A DNA stretch of 64,000 nucleotides from Escherichia coli. Lineage in GTDB: Bacteria > Pseudomonadota > Gammaproteobacteria > Enterobacterales > Enterobacteriaceae. This document shows positions 1-9,446 of the stretch, piece after piece (the first letter of the stretch is position 1; each line of letters begins with the position of its first letter). The notes beneath the pieces are model-generated. The model ran no database searches. It was not told the DNA's origin and saw nothing but the letters and a program-made list of their open reading frames with translations. The translations under genes were made by a program, and so were the position numbers. The DNA lies in the NCBI RefSeq assembly GCF_030013595.1, contig NZ_CP122768.1. One strand, 5' to 3'.

Positions 1-270
1 CGTAAGTCGATGGCGTTCGTACTCAATAGTCCCTGGCTGGAGATCTGCCTCGCTGGCCTGGCGCAGTTCTTCAACCTCCCGGCGCAGCTTTTCGTTCTCA
101 ATTTCAGCATCCCTTTCGGCATACCATTTTATAACGGCGGCAGAGTCATAAAGCACCTCATTACCCTTGCCACCGCCTCGCAGAACGGGCATTCCCTGTT
201 CCTGCCAGTTCTGAATGGTACGGATACTCGCACCGAAAATGTCAGCCAGCTGCTTTTTGTTGACTTCCAT
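1..270 (-). CDS. nu1: Terminase small subunit Nu1, N-terminal part (gene continues past the left edge of the window)
   Basis: Reverse-strand translation from the ATG at 268-270 reads MEVNKKQLADIFGASIRTIQNWQEQGMPVLRGGGKGNEVLYDSAAVIKWYAERDAEIENEKLRREVEELRQASEADLQ..., which I recognise as phage lambda Nu1; a cos site lies just upstream. Confidence 0.9.
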   Translation of the reverse strand, partial: MEVNKKQLADIFGASIRTIQNWQEQGMPVLRGGGKGNEVLYDSAAVIKWYAERDAEIENEKLRREVEELRQASEADLQPGTIEYERHRLT

Positions 271-439
271 TGTTCATTCCACGGCCAAAAACAGAGAAAG
301 GAAACGACAAAGGCCCAAAAGTTCGTTTTCAGCACCTGTCGTTTCCTTTCTTTTCAGGGGGTATTTTAAATAGAAACATTAAGTTACGACGAAGAAGAAC
401 GGAAACGCCTTAAACCGGAAAATTTTCATAAATAGCGAA

Positions 440-470
440 AACCCGCGAGGTCGCCGCCCCGTGGCAGGCC
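440..470 (-). other. Lambdoid cos site (cosN cohesive-end sequence)
   Basis: Reverse complement of about 448-459 is GGGCGGCGACCT, the lambda left cohesive end, followed (in phage orientation) by lambda-like leader sequence running into nu1. Confidence 0.7.
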
Positions 471-863
471 ACCCCACCGGAAGGACCCGCACAAATGAGA
501 GTGATTATCACCATTGCTGATGAATAAATTGATGAAAATCATTAAAACGCCTTTCAGCAAGATAACGGCGACGGTCGTTGTTGCACTCCGTAACTCTGCG
601 ACTAAGGTTAAAAGCATGGCCCTCTTTTGCCACCGGCAAATCTTCAATGGATTTCCCCTGCCGGTTTTTTATTTTCGTCGATGCATAACATTGCATTTAC
701 ATCAATAGCGGCTATTGTCATTAGTATGTTGCATAAATGCATGGGTGGTATTGGCGGTCTTCGCCGGCCGGTTCTGTGTAGCTGGACCGTTTTTTTATTT
801 CTCACATTACAGCAGCCCCTTAGAGTGAAGGGCTGCTGTAATGCCGCAATCTTTTTTAACATG

Positions 864-883
864 AAAAAGGCCGCAGAGCGGCC
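864..883. repeat. attL core of the P2-like prophage (direct repeat copy 1)
   Basis: Exact 20-bp match to 36907-36926; contains the hairpin GGCCGC-aga-GCGGCC. Confidence 0.6.
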
Positions 884-1008
884 ATAAACACAAGTAAAAA
901 TCAATAAGTTATATAATTATCAAAGACTTACAGACACACAAAAACACAGCCAACCACAACAAATAACAGGGATGTGGTCATTTTGTGGATCATATCGCCG
1001 CCATAAAT

Positions 1009-1446
1009 TTACTTAATAACAGTAACCACAGCCACAAGCACGGCCATCGCAGACAGGACAATACCTGTGAGTAACCAAGTCTGATTTGCAAATGATTTCT
1101 GAAGTTCAGTACGATGCTCAGCCATCTCAACTTTCAGAGACTGGCGTAAATCAGCCATCTCAGACTTCAGGGATTGGCGCGATTCTGCCATCTCAAGCCT
1201 CAACCCTTCGCGAATCTCCAGTACATCAGATTTGGTAGCAAAGGATTCGCTTCTTGTGGTGAGAGTAATCAGGTTGTTTTTGATTTCAGTCACATCACTT
1301 TCCAGGCAACTGACCCGCCGTTCAAGGTCGTCATTCATGCCATCACCTCCATCATTACCACTTCCTGTTACTTGGTTGTTGGATACATTATAGGCATTCT
1401 CTTTCTTTTTTCTGAACCGCGAAATATGTGCAACATTCTCTGCCAT
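1009..1446 (-). CDS. Hypothetical coiled-coil protein with C-terminal transmembrane anchor (cargo)
   Basis: ORF with repeated heptad-like segments (LRLEMAESRQSLKSEMADLRQSLKVEMAEHRTEL) and a hydrophobic C-terminus; start overlaps the stop of the upstream ORF (TGATG). Confidence 0.5.
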   Translation of the reverse strand: MAENVAHISRFRKKKENAYNVSNNQVTGSGNDGGDGMNDDLERRVSCLESDVTEIKNNLITLTTRSESFATKSDVLEIREGLRLEMAESRQSLKSEMADLRQSLKVEMAEHRTELQKSFANQTWLLTGIVLSAMAVLVAVVTVIK

Positions 1447-1808
1447 CACTTCTCATCACCCTGCTTGCCTACCCAGTTCATAAAGGCCCGGGCCGAGTAA
1501 CGATGAACAAACCCACATCTGTTACAGGTAAGTCGGAATTCATAGTTATGGATATTTTCCCGATCATGTCCCTCATATCCCGGATACCCAGTAAATGGAC
1601 CGATGTAATCAAGCATAACAAAAGTGCCTAAATCACACTCCTCAGCAGTTTTCGGCTCAGGCCCCACCTCAACAATATTCGTCAAATACATGTACATATC
1701 CGTATCGCCACACGACAAACATTTTTCATTCGTAGACGACTCATTGAGAAAACGCGCAAAATTATCGAGCGTTGCCATTCTTTTAAGTTCATCTAAATGA
1801 AACTTCAC
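1446..1808 (-). CDS. Hypothetical protein with two CxxC pairs (possible zinc ribbon), cargo
   Basis: GTG start preceded by AGGAGG located inside the last int codons; CLSCG and CNRCG motifs. Confidence 0.5.
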   Translation of the reverse strand: MKFHLDELKRMATLDNFARFLNESSTNEKCLSCGDTDMYMYLTNIVEVGPEPKTAEECDLGTFVMLDYIGPFTGYPGYEGHDRENIHNYEFRLTCNRCGFVHRYSARAFMNWVGKQGDEK

Positions 1809-1810
1809 TC

Positions 1811-2788
1811 TTAAGCACCTCCTAGTGGATTAAACCTCACCGCATCCTGCAGGTAATCCGGCGCAAGATGGGCATAAATCATCGTTGTCTGAATCTTTGC
1901 GTGCCCCAGAATTTTCTGGAGCGTCAGAATATTGCCGCCGTTCATCATGAAATGACTGGCGAAGGTATGGCGCAGCGCATGAACAGCCTGGCCGTCAGGA
2001 ACATCAGGTGCGACCGTTTTGATGACATCGCGAACCAATGGATAATCCAGCGTCGGAAACACCAGTTTCCCGCCCCGTATTTTGATCTTTTCAAACAGGC
2101 TTTCAGAAATAGGAACGGTACGGTTTTTGCTGTTCTTCGTTTTTGAAAAAGTGATTCGACAATGAAGAACACGGCGCTGCTCTAGTGCCGCTACCTCGCC
2201 CCATCGCGCCCCGGTCGACAGAAGGATTTCGACAGCCAGCCGTTCATCGGGATTTTCAGCCAGTGCATCCAGCAACTGAACACATTCAGACTTACTCAGA
2301 TATCCCATTTCGCGCTCGTTAACCTTCATTCCTTTAAGGCCTTGAACGGGGTTATCGTTAAGAAAATGGCCGGATGAGATGAGTGCGGTAAACATCGCGC
2401 TTAACGCCCCAATCTCTCGATTTATGGTGCTGGGCTGTATCCCCTGCTCTATCCTGGACACACGTAGCTCGGTGAGCATCGTTGTATTAAGTTTATGCAC
2501 GCACGGGTCATCCATTGCCTCACTCAAGCGCAGCAATTTAAGGCGCGTGTTATGCCCTGACTTCATTAGCTGGCCGTGGTATTTCCACCACAAGTCAATA
2601 AGCACTGACAGCGGGCGGCGATCAATGGAGTTTCCTTTCCACTCATTGTTATGCTGTTGCGCCAGCACCCACCGCTCATATAAAACTGCATCCGATTTCG
2701 TTTTAAATTTTTTGCGAATGCGTTTGCCTTTACGCCCCTCAGGACGCATGTCAAGAAGATACCCTCCCGGAATTGATTTTATGCTCAT
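1811..2788 (-). CDS. int: Tyrosine integrase (P2 Int-like)
   Basis: C-terminal HxLRHT...Y catalytic region (AVHALRHTFASH...MIYAHL); adjacent to C repressor as in P2. Start chosen at MSIKS (ORF is open up to 2938). Confidence 0.85.
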   Translation of the reverse strand: MSIKSIPGGYLLDMRPEGRKGKRIRKKFKTKSDAVLYERWVLAQQHNNEWKGNSIDRRPLSVLIDLWWKYHGQLMKSGHNTRLKLLRLSEAMDDPCVHKLNTTMLTELRVSRIEQGIQPSTINREIGALSAMFTALISSGHFLNDNPVQGLKGMKVNEREMGYLSKSECVQLLDALAENPDERLAVEILLSTGARWGEVAALEQRRVLHCRITFSKTKNSKNRTVPISESLFEKIKIRGGKLVFPTLDYPLVRDVIKTVAPDVPDGQAVHALRHTFASHFMMNGGNILTLQKILGHAKIQTTMIYAHLAPDYLQDAVRFNPLGGA

Positions 2789-2837
2789 TCGTGAAGCCCC
2801 AGCGTTACAAGACCACCATGCCCCCAGCGTTCCATGA

Positions 2838-3149
2838 TTAGCCGGGCTGTGTGCCAGTCTTGCGGGATTTTTGAGAAGACGATGTGTTTTCTGGCCCATC
2901 AGGGGAGAGAGAAGGACTGATCTGCCCAGCAGCCTCATTTGTTTCGTTACTCATCAACCACGTAGTGTATTTTTTAAATTCCGGGTGCATTGTGATTTTC
3001 AGTAAAACCTCCGTTCCCACACCTCGAATACCAGTCTCGTATTGCTTAACCGTACCAACCGCAATACCTATTGAATCCGCGAACTTTGCCTGACTAAGCC
3101 CCTCAGATTCTCGAATTGCTTTTAGCTTCTTTGATATCTCTATTGACAT
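2838..3149 (-). CDS. C: Immunity repressor (P2 C-like, HTH)
   Basis: About 103 aa from MSIEISKKLKAIRESEGLSQAKFADSIGIAVGTVKQYETG; helix-turn-helix; divergent from the early operon. Confidence 0.75.
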   Translation of the reverse strand: MSIEISKKLKAIRESEGLSQAKFADSIGIAVGTVKQYETGIRGVGTEVLLKITMHPEFKKYTTWLMSNETNEAAGQISPSLSPDGPENTSSSQKSRKTGTQPG

Positions 3150-3244
3150 GGTGTGCACCTGAATACTATATTGGTTATCAGTTGAGTACCACTTGACACT
3201 ACAAAGAGCCACAAATAGCACCAGATTGAATAGGTTATCACACC

Positions 3245-3523
3245 ATGGCAAAAGTCCTTAACACATACGAACAAGCGGATTTTGAGCGTTTGGCGGCGTT
3301 CTACCCATACCGTAATGAACATGGGCTACCGGTACTTGAAGAAAGCCTGGAGGATTATGCGAAACGCACAAATCAAAGCATTCTCGCTGTAAGAAGGCAG
3401 GCTGATAGATCGGTAATTCCCGTTACTCAAGAAGGAAGAAACACAAAACGCAAAGTAAATCTCTTCGCAATTTTCCTGAAAACCATCAGAAACGCAGAGA
3501 AATACGTGCAAATGACAAAATAA
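3245..3523 (+). CDS. First early-operon gene, putative Cox/Apl-like regulator
   Basis: 92-aa ORF divergent from the repressor, positionally equivalent to P2 cox; no clear sequence match recalled. Confidence 0.45.
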   Translation: MAKVLNTYEQADFERLAAFYPYRNEHGLPVLEESLEDYAKRTNQSILAVRRQADRSVIPVTQEGRNTKRKVNLFAIFLKTIRNAEKYVQMTK

Positions 3524-3537
3524 CGAGGTGTCATTTT

Positions 3538-3876
3538 ATGCTGAAGCAACGCCGTAATTTTTGTACCGGAACAGAACGCCACGCTAACCGTTTCACTACC
3601 AGTGCATCACGCAGCAACATCCGCTACAGCCTGAGTGATACACACGCAACGCCGGATGGCTACCCAGTAAAACAAATCGGCGAGCACGCCTGGCTGATTG
3701 AGAAAGCTGGAATCGTGATCCACAAATGCCCACGCAATCCGTTTACCGGAAACCGCATTTTTGCACTGAGCTGTGGCGACAATCAGTTCGGGCAGGATTT
3801 CACATTATACGAAGCACTTCGCACGGTTGATCGTCTGCTTCGCGGGCAAAGTTTTATTAAACAGGCTGATTTATAA
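3538..3876 (+). CDS. Hypothetical early protein
   Basis: ORF with GAGGTG ribosome-binding site. Confidence 0.5.
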   Translation: MLKQRRNFCTGTERHANRFTTSASRSNIRYSLSDTHATPDGYPVKQIGEHAWLIEKAGIVIHKCPRNPFTGNRIFALSCGDNQFGQDFTLYEALRTVDRLLRGQSFIKQADL

Positions 3877-3886
3877 CAGGTGCTTT

Positions 3887-4174
3887 ATGACCAAAGACCA
3901 TGCACAAGGTGTATTTATTCGTTTTATTGATTTTCGCGGTGAACTGTTATTACGTGCATCCGCTATTGACGGAGTGACTCCGGCGGGTAAAAACGGAGCC
4001 GACGAAGCCACTTACGTTTATCTGAACGGCACGCGACTGCTTGTGGAACTTCCGTACCAGACCGTACGAGAAATCATCAGCGAAGCTGAAAAGGCACGCC
4101 AGGTTAATGGCGATGAACCCTATATCGAAATTATTTGTATGGATTCAGAAGCTGAAATACAGAAAGCAGATTAA
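3887..4174 (+). CDS. Hypothetical early protein
   Basis: ORF from internal ATG directly after the previous stop. Confidence 0.5.
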   Translation: MTKDHAQGVFIRFIDFRGELLLRASAIDGVTPAGKNGADEATYVYLNGTRLLVELPYQTVREIISEAEKARQVNGDEPYIEIICMDSEAEIQKAD

Positions 4175-4182
4175 AGGGCGTT

Positions 4183-4428
4183 GTGATGGGCAAAGAATAT
4201 AAAACTCTCATTAACAAAGCACTTGAGCGTTTTTATTTTCGCTTAAGTGCATCAGGCGCTCATGCTGAACGTGCGGCCCGTGACTCATTGACCAGAGCAA
4301 TCCGAAGTCTGTATGACGTGGCTTTTTACGCTGATGATCTGGATGCACTTAACGAACTTTCCGAGCTGATCTGTGCCGCAGAATGCGGGGAACATATTGA
4401 ACCGTATAAGCTGGGAAATATCGCATGA
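4183..4428 (+). CDS. Hypothetical early protein
   Basis: 81-aa ORF in the early operon. Confidence 0.5.
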   Translation: MMGKEYKTLINKALERFYFRLSASGAHAERAARDSLTRAIRSLYDVAFYADDLDALNELSELICAAECGEHIEPYKLGNIA

Positions 4429-4538
4429 GTATATTTATTTCATGGCTTGTTCTGATTATTTCGGTGGCCTGCGCCATTGGGATTATGCGAATTATTAATT
4501 CAGTAAAAAAGATTGAACGCTTTTTCACTGAAGAATAA
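4425..4538 (+). CDS. Small hydrophobic peptide (37 aa), translationally coupled
   Basis: ATGA overlap with upstream stop; MSIFISWLVLIISVACAIGIMRIINSVKKIERFFTEE is a single predicted transmembrane helix. Confidence 0.3.
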   Translation: MSIFISWLVLIISVACAIGIMRIINSVKKIERFFTEE

Positions 4539-4624
4539 CCGCGCAAATAAGACCCCAGGTTAAATAAGAAAATGTGAAAACAATCCGCATTCGCGGAGGT
4601 ATTCGCACACGCCAAGGAGGCGTA

Positions 4625-4828
4625 ATGGCAATTAAGCATTTTCCTGTCGTTCGTTTCACCTCCAGAGGACGTGAATACGAAGTTGACGAACGCCTGATTA
4701 CCACAATCGACAAACACCGTTCAGAAAAGGATGCACATCACATCTATCTCACTGACGGCACTTACTTCTGCGCCACCAATGTGGTGCAGGTGAATCTTAT
4801 CAGACAGGTACAGGAGTCACGCAGATGA
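4625..4828 (+). CDS. Hypothetical early protein
   Basis: ORF with AAGGAGG ribosome-binding site. Confidence 0.5.
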   Translation: MAIKHFPVVRFTSRGREYEVDERLITTIDKHRSEKDAHHIYLTDGTYFCATNVVQVNLIRQVQESRR

Positions 4829-5070
4829 CCATTCTGGACTACATCGCTGCCAATCCGGGTTGTAGCAGTGGAGAAATCGCCGCAGCACTGAATACACCAA
4901 CCACAACCATTAATGCGGAGCTACGCCGTCTCTGGCGCAGCGGTTTAGTCACAAGAAAAGAGCGCAAAACAGGCGGTCGCTTTTCTTATCAGGTAAACCC
5001 GATGCCGTTTGGGTGTAGCAACCCACTAACCCAGATGTTCAACCAGCTACTGAGGGAAATCAGAGCATGA
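4825..5070 (+). CDS. Hypothetical early protein (possible winged-helix DNA binding)
   Basis: 81-aa ORF, overlaps previous stop. Confidence 0.45.
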   Translation: MTILDYIAANPGCSSGEIAAALNTPTTTINAELRRLWRSGLVTRKERKTGGRFSYQVNPMPFGCSNPLTQMFNQLLREIRA

Positions 5071-5211
5071 GCACCTCCAACTGCCGGAAACCACGTCGGG
5101 CTTCAGCAGCTCATCCGGCAGCAAAACAAACTCCATTAATTCCTGTTCCGGGCCTTTCCTGCACCTTGCGGCGGGAGGCCTTCGCACATCTGTAACAAGA
5201 GGATTGCCGCA

Positions 5212-5577
5212 ATGATTCTCGCCAACGACTTTCTTGAATACCTGCTCAACACAGAGCGTGATCTTGCCGTTCGCGTGCGTGAACGTTATGACATGTACCT
5301 GAAATCCCTGCCTGTACCGCAGCTCGCTGACGGAAAGATTGTTATTGATGGTCGCTACATGATTGACAGCCACGAGGGAAATTACAGGCTTTACCGCATT
5401 GAAGGTGGCACCCCGTCCGTTATTGGCATTTACCAGCGCCCATCCTCTGCAATCGTCGATGTGATTGCCGACAGCATCCGCATCACACATCGCCATGCCG
5501 ACACAGAAGACACCGTGCTGGAAATTCAGCGGCTGGCTACAGTCTGCCGCGACACCCTGAATGGCATGACGAAGTAA
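5212..5577 (+). CDS. Hypothetical early protein
   Basis: 121-aa ORF upstream of A. Confidence 0.5.
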   Translation: MILANDFLEYLLNTERDLAVRVRERYDMYLKSLPVPQLADGKIVIDGRYMIDSHEGNYRLYRIEGGTPSVIGIYQRPSSAIVDVIADSIRITHRHADTEDTVLEIQRLATVCRDTLNGMTK

Positions 5578-5583
5578 ATCACT

Positions 5584-8406
5584 ATGACGGCAAAGTACAT
5601 CAGGGACTGGCAACAACCGCGCCACGCAGTGGGGCGTGAAGGAACGGGGATCCCCGCTCCTGAATCCGCGCTTTCCTCCTGGCTGGATGCCTACCGGGCA
5701 GAGAACGAGCGCCGCCAGGAAATGGCTGATGCGGCGTTCTCCGCCACGCCGCTGGGCAACCTGATTAATAAAAGCCTGGACGCACAGGAAAAACAGGACA
5801 AAACCATCACACTGGCAGGAGACGCCAGAAAACAGGCACGCGGCGCGGTGGATGAAGCCATGGCCTCGCTGCGCCTGCTGCCGTCCTATCTGCGCGATCC
5901 GCTTATTCGCCACCTCTCCTTCCTGCGCAAAAAACAGGAAGCCGATCGTCAGAAAGGAAAAAACGCCAGGCAGGCAGAACGCTATGCGCGTGGGACCCTG
6001 CGCAAAATATTCGAACGTCTGGAGCGCACCGATCACCGCTGGCTGACACCGGGTTATCGCTCCCTTGCCGGACGCGAACGCCTGGACGATTTGCTTTACC
6101 TGCCGCAGCTCAACAAACACCAGATACAGACGCTGGCCACCATGACGGCGGCGATGTTCAGCAGCACCTTCGAAAAACTCTGCGATGGCTTTGGCGCGAC
6201 CGATGGCGAACTGACCATGGATGTAACGCTGAAGGCGTATCAGATGCTGGCCCGCATGGCGTTACACCTGCACATCATGCCTCCACATTATGACGCACTG
6301 ACAACAGACAAAGACCGGAGGAACGAACCGGACACGGAGCTGCTGCCGGGCGCAATCCTTCGCCTGACCTGTGCGGAATGGTGGAAACGCAAACTGTGGC
6401 TGTTACGTTGCGAGTGGCGGGAAGAACAACTCCGCGCCGCCTGTCTGGTTTCCAGAAAAACATCACCCTATCTGAGCCAGGACGCGTTAAGCGAGTTTCG
6501 CGCACACCGCGAGAAAACACGCGATTTCCTGAAAAGTTTCATGCTGGAAAATGAAGACGGGTTCACGATTGATCTCGAGACGGTGTATTACGCGGGAGTA
6601 AGTAACCCGGTTCACCGTAAGGCAGAAATGATGGCCACCATGAAGGGGCTGGAACTTCTGGCCGAAGCCCGTGGCGACAGAGCGGTGTTTCTGACTGTCA
6701 CCTGCCCGTCAAAATACCACGCAACAACGGAGAACGGTCATCCGAATCCCAAATGGAACGGGGCCACCATGCGCGACTCCAGCGATTACCTGGTTAACAC
6801 GTTTTTTGCGACGGTCCGCAAAAAACTGAACCGCGACGGTCTTCGCTGGTATGGCATCCGCACGGTGGAGCCTCACCATGACGGCACTGTGCACTGGCAT
6901 ATGATGGTCTTTGCACATCCGGACGAGATTGAAACCATCGTGTCCCACGTCTGCGATATTGCCATTCAGGAAGACCGCCACGAGCTGGGCGATGATATTA
7001 CTCCGCGTTTTAAAGCGGAGTACGTCGACGGCTCAAAAGGCACGCCAACCAGCTACATCGCCACCTACATCGGAAAGAACCTGGACAGCCGCGCCGTGGA
7101 TGGCATCGCCCCGAAAACGGGCAAGCCACGCGTTGACCACGAAACCGGAAAATCAATGGCCGAGAGCGTGGAGCGCGCCATCGGCTGGGCGCGCCTTCAC
7201 CGGGTCCGCCAGTTCCAGTTCTTTGGCATCCCCTCCCGTCAGGTGTGGCGTGAACTGCGCCGCCTTGCCAGCCAGATGGCACGCAACCCGGAAGGCCCGC
7301 AACGGCTGAAGGATGACGCAATGGATGCAGTGCTCGCTGCCGCTGATGCCGGGTGTTTTGCCTCCTACATTGAAAAACAGGGCGGCGTACTTGTTCCACG
7401 CCAGGACTACCTGATTCGCACCGCCTACGACCTCGCAGATGAGCTGAACGATTACGGCGAACAGAGCGTACAGATTTACGGGATCTGGTCACCACTCATC
7501 GGGGAGTCTTCCCGTGTGTGCACACATCCGGATAACTGGAAGCTGGTAAGACGTAAACCGGAAGCGGAAGACAGCGCCCGCGAAAATGGTTTTGACCTTC
7601 AGGGCGGCCCTGCCGCCCCTTGGACTCGTGGCAATAACTGTCCCCGTGTACAGGAAACGGACAACAACGGGACAGAACAGCCGGAAGAACGGCCAGCACC
7701 GTGGCCGCAGCTCCCTGACGGCGTTGAAGTGAACGAATGGATGCGCTCACTGAAACGGCACGAACGCCGGGCGCTGATGCGTTCGCTTCGTGACAAACAG
7801 GCAAAAAACAGCAGTGATGAAATGCAGAGCTGGACACAGAGCCGCAAACAGCAGCGGCCTTTGCCTGATAACCACGAATTACTCGCTAAAGAATGGCGGG
7901 AGTCTGCTGAATCTCTCGGCCTGCATATCGGTGAACAACAGATGCAGCACCTGTTACGGGGCGGCAGTCTGTACGTTGACGGCAGCATCATTGCACCGCA
8001 GGGATTTGAAATTGTACGCAAACCGGATACCCGCCCGGACAGCCGAATCACGCAGCTCTGGCAGCGCCTGAGCCGTAATCATGGCGTAAGCAGCACGGAG
8101 ATCCGCCATAACCCGGTCGCCAGCTATCTGGCACAGCTGGGGGCATCAGACCCTGAAGCCGCCGCACGCCTGGCATCCACACTTCAGCAGGACCAGAACA
8201 CCATGAAAACACCCGTTACCGTGCTTTCTGACATGCTGCGCGCCATCCGCGACGCAGAGCACGCACAGAGAATCAGTGAAACCACTGAACGCGCCAGCCG
8301 CAAAGCAGACCTGCTGCGGGGTGGCCTGACCAGTGGAAACAAAAAACAGACAGAAACGGGACTCACGAATCCCGCAAATGAGCAAAAAACGCGCAGCGAT
8401 ATATGA
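5584..8406 (+). CDS. A: Replication initiation endonuclease (P2 gpA family, rolling-circle)
   Basis: 940-aa ORF with the HUH-type region (GTVHWHMMVFAHPDE) and conserved P2 position between early genes and the Q/P packaging genes. Confidence 0.85.
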   Translation: MTAKYIRDWQQPRHAVGREGTGIPAPESALSSWLDAYRAENERRQEMADAAFSATPLGNLINKSLDAQEKQDKTITLAGDARKQARGAVDEAMASLRLLPSYLRDPLIRHLSFLRKKQEADRQKGKNARQAERYARGTLRKIFERLERTDHRWLTPGYRSLAGRERLDDLLYLPQLNKHQIQTLATMTAAMFSSTFEKLCDGFGATDGELTMDVTLKAYQMLARMALHLHIMPPHYDALTTDKDRRNEPDTELLPGAILRLTCAEWWKRKLWLLRCEWREEQLRAACLVSRKTSPYLSQDALSEFRAHREKTRDFLKSFMLENEDGFTIDLETVYYAGVSNPVHRKAEMMATMKGLELLAEARGDRAVFLTVTCPSKYHATTENGHPNPKWNGATMRDSSDYLVNTFFATVRKKLNRDGLRWYGIRTVEPHHDGTVHWHMMVFAHPDEIETIVSHVCDIAIQEDRHELGDDITPRFKAEYVDGSKGTPTSYIATYIGKNLDSRAVDGIAPKTGKPRVDHETGKSMAESVERAIGWARLHRVRQFQFFGIPSRQVWRELRRLASQMARNPEGPQRLKDDAMDAVLAAADAGCFASYIEKQGGVLVPRQDYLIRTAYDLADELNDYGEQSVQIYGIWSPLIGESSRVCTHPDNWKLVRRKPEAEDSARENGFDLQGGPAAPWTRGNNCPRVQETDNNGTEQPEERPAPWPQLPDGVEVNEWMRSLKRHERRALMRSLRDKQAKNSSDEMQSWTQSRKQQRPLPDNHELLAKEWRESAESLGLHIGEQQMQHLLRGGSLYVDGSIIAPQGFEIVRKPDTRPDSRITQLWQRLSRNHGVSSTEIRHNPVASYLAQLGASDPEAAARLASTLQQDQNTMKTPVTVLSDMLRAIRDAEHAQRISETTERASRKADLLRGGLTSGNKKQTETGLTNPANEQKTRSDI

Positions 8407-8451
8407 AGCGCGCACAAAACAGGCAAAAACGGGATTTCAGAATCCCGTAAA
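8354..8451. repeat. Two copies of a roughly 25-bp palindromic motif (AAACGGGA-N6-GAATCCCG-AAA) upstream of parM; candidate centromere/operator
   Basis: Copies at about 8354-8378 and 8427-8451, each an inverted repeat CGGGA...TCCCG; copy 1 overlaps the 3' end of A. Confidence 0.45.
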
Positions 8452-8482
8452 CGATTAATTAATCAACATAAGGAAAAGCGAC

Positions 8483-9442
8483 ATGAAAATTTGTATCGAC
8501 GACGGCTCCACCAACATCAAGCTGGCATGGACTGAGAACGGCGAACGCCGCAACGCCATCAGCCCGAACAGCTTCAAGTCGGAATGGTCTGCGCCGTTCG
8601 GCGGCACGCAGCCCGCGAACTACATGCTTGATGGCGTGCGCTATGGTTTTGATCCGGTCAGCGATCGCTTTGTCCAGACGACCGACACGCAATACCAGTA
8701 CAGCGATGTAAATGTCATTGCCATTCATCACGCGCTGGTCAAATCAGGCATCACGCCACAGGAGGTGGATGTGGTTGTCACCCTGCCACTGAGCGAGTAT
8801 TTCGACACAAACGCACAGCCGGACATGGCCAACATCAACCGCAAAAAAGCGAACGTTATGCGCCCGGTGGAGTACCAGAACGGCGAAGCATTCACTATCC
8901 GTAACGTGCGGGTTATGCCTGAATCCATTCCGGCTGGCTTTAAAGCACTGGCTGACATGAGTCCGTTTGAATCCCTGCTGATTGTGGATTTAGGTGGAAC
9001 CACGCTGGATGTGGCAAAGGTTCAGGGACAACTGGCAGGTATCAGCCAGGTGTTTTGCGATCCACACGTAGGCGTTTCCCTGATGGCCGATGCAGTACTG
9101 TCGGTGATGGCCACTAACGGTATGCGTACCAGTCACCACATCGCCAATACCATTATCGAACATCGCCATGATGAAGCCTGGCTGCGCCAGCACATCCACA
9201 ATGACGCGCATTACGCCAGCCTGATGGCGGTTATTCGTGAAAAGGAAGAAACACTGAAACAACGCGTGATCCGCGCGCTGGCGGGTTTTTCGGGTTACGG
9301 GCGGGTGATGGTTGTCGGTGGCGGGGCGGAGATTGTGGCACCCGCTATCCGCGAAGCCTGCGGAGTTAATGCGACTTTCATCGCGGACGGGGTGCCACAG
9401 TTTGCTCTGGTTAATGGGCTGTACGCAATGGACAAGGAGTAA
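8483..9442 (+). CDS. parM: ParM/StbA-like actin-family partition ATPase
   Basis: Residue-level similarity along the whole length to plasmid R1 ParM as I remember it (IDDGSTNIKL, YSDVNV...HHAL, VMPESIPAG, LI.DLGGTTLD, GGGAE, LVNG). Confidence 0.85.
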   Translation: MKICIDDGSTNIKLAWTENGERRNAISPNSFKSEWSAPFGGTQPANYMLDGVRYGFDPVSDRFVQTTDTQYQYSDVNVIAIHHALVKSGITPQEVDVVVTLPLSEYFDTNAQPDMANINRKKANVMRPVEYQNGEAFTIRNVRVMPESIPAGFKALADMSPFESLLIVDLGGTTLDVAKVQGQLAGISQVFCDPHVGVSLMADAVLSVMATNGMRTSHHIANTIIEHRHDEAWLRQHIHNDAHYASLMAVIREKEETLKQRVIRALAGFSGYGRVMVVGGGAEIVAPAIREACGVNATFIADGVPQFALVNGLYAMDKE

Positions 9443-9446
9443 ACCA

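Larger units (their letters stand above)
1..863. mobile_element. Lambdoid prophage, packaging end (cos and nu1), separated from the rest of the same prophage by the P2-like insertion
   Basis: Lambda-like cos and Nu1 on the minus strand; sequence resumes with lambdoid lysis genes after 36926. Confidence 0.7.

Noticed and set aside
644-904. 86-aa minus-strand ORF and overlapping plus-strand ORFs between cos and attL
   Set aside because: Overlap a strong hairpin and the att core; no ribosome-binding sites; likely noncoding lambdoid end region.
5047-6120. 357-aa minus-strand ORF overlapping the 5' part of gene A and the upstream early gene
   Set aside because: Antisense to well-supported genes, no ribosome-binding site or recognisable domain, Arg/Ala/Gly-rich composition typical of spurious ORFs in GC-rich coding DNA.
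8483-9442. Alternative reading of the actin-like ATPase as a host cytoskeletal gene (MreB/FtsA type)
   Set aside because: Sequence blocks match plasmid ParM rather than MreB or FtsA, and the gene lies inside the prophage followed by a ParR-like gene.
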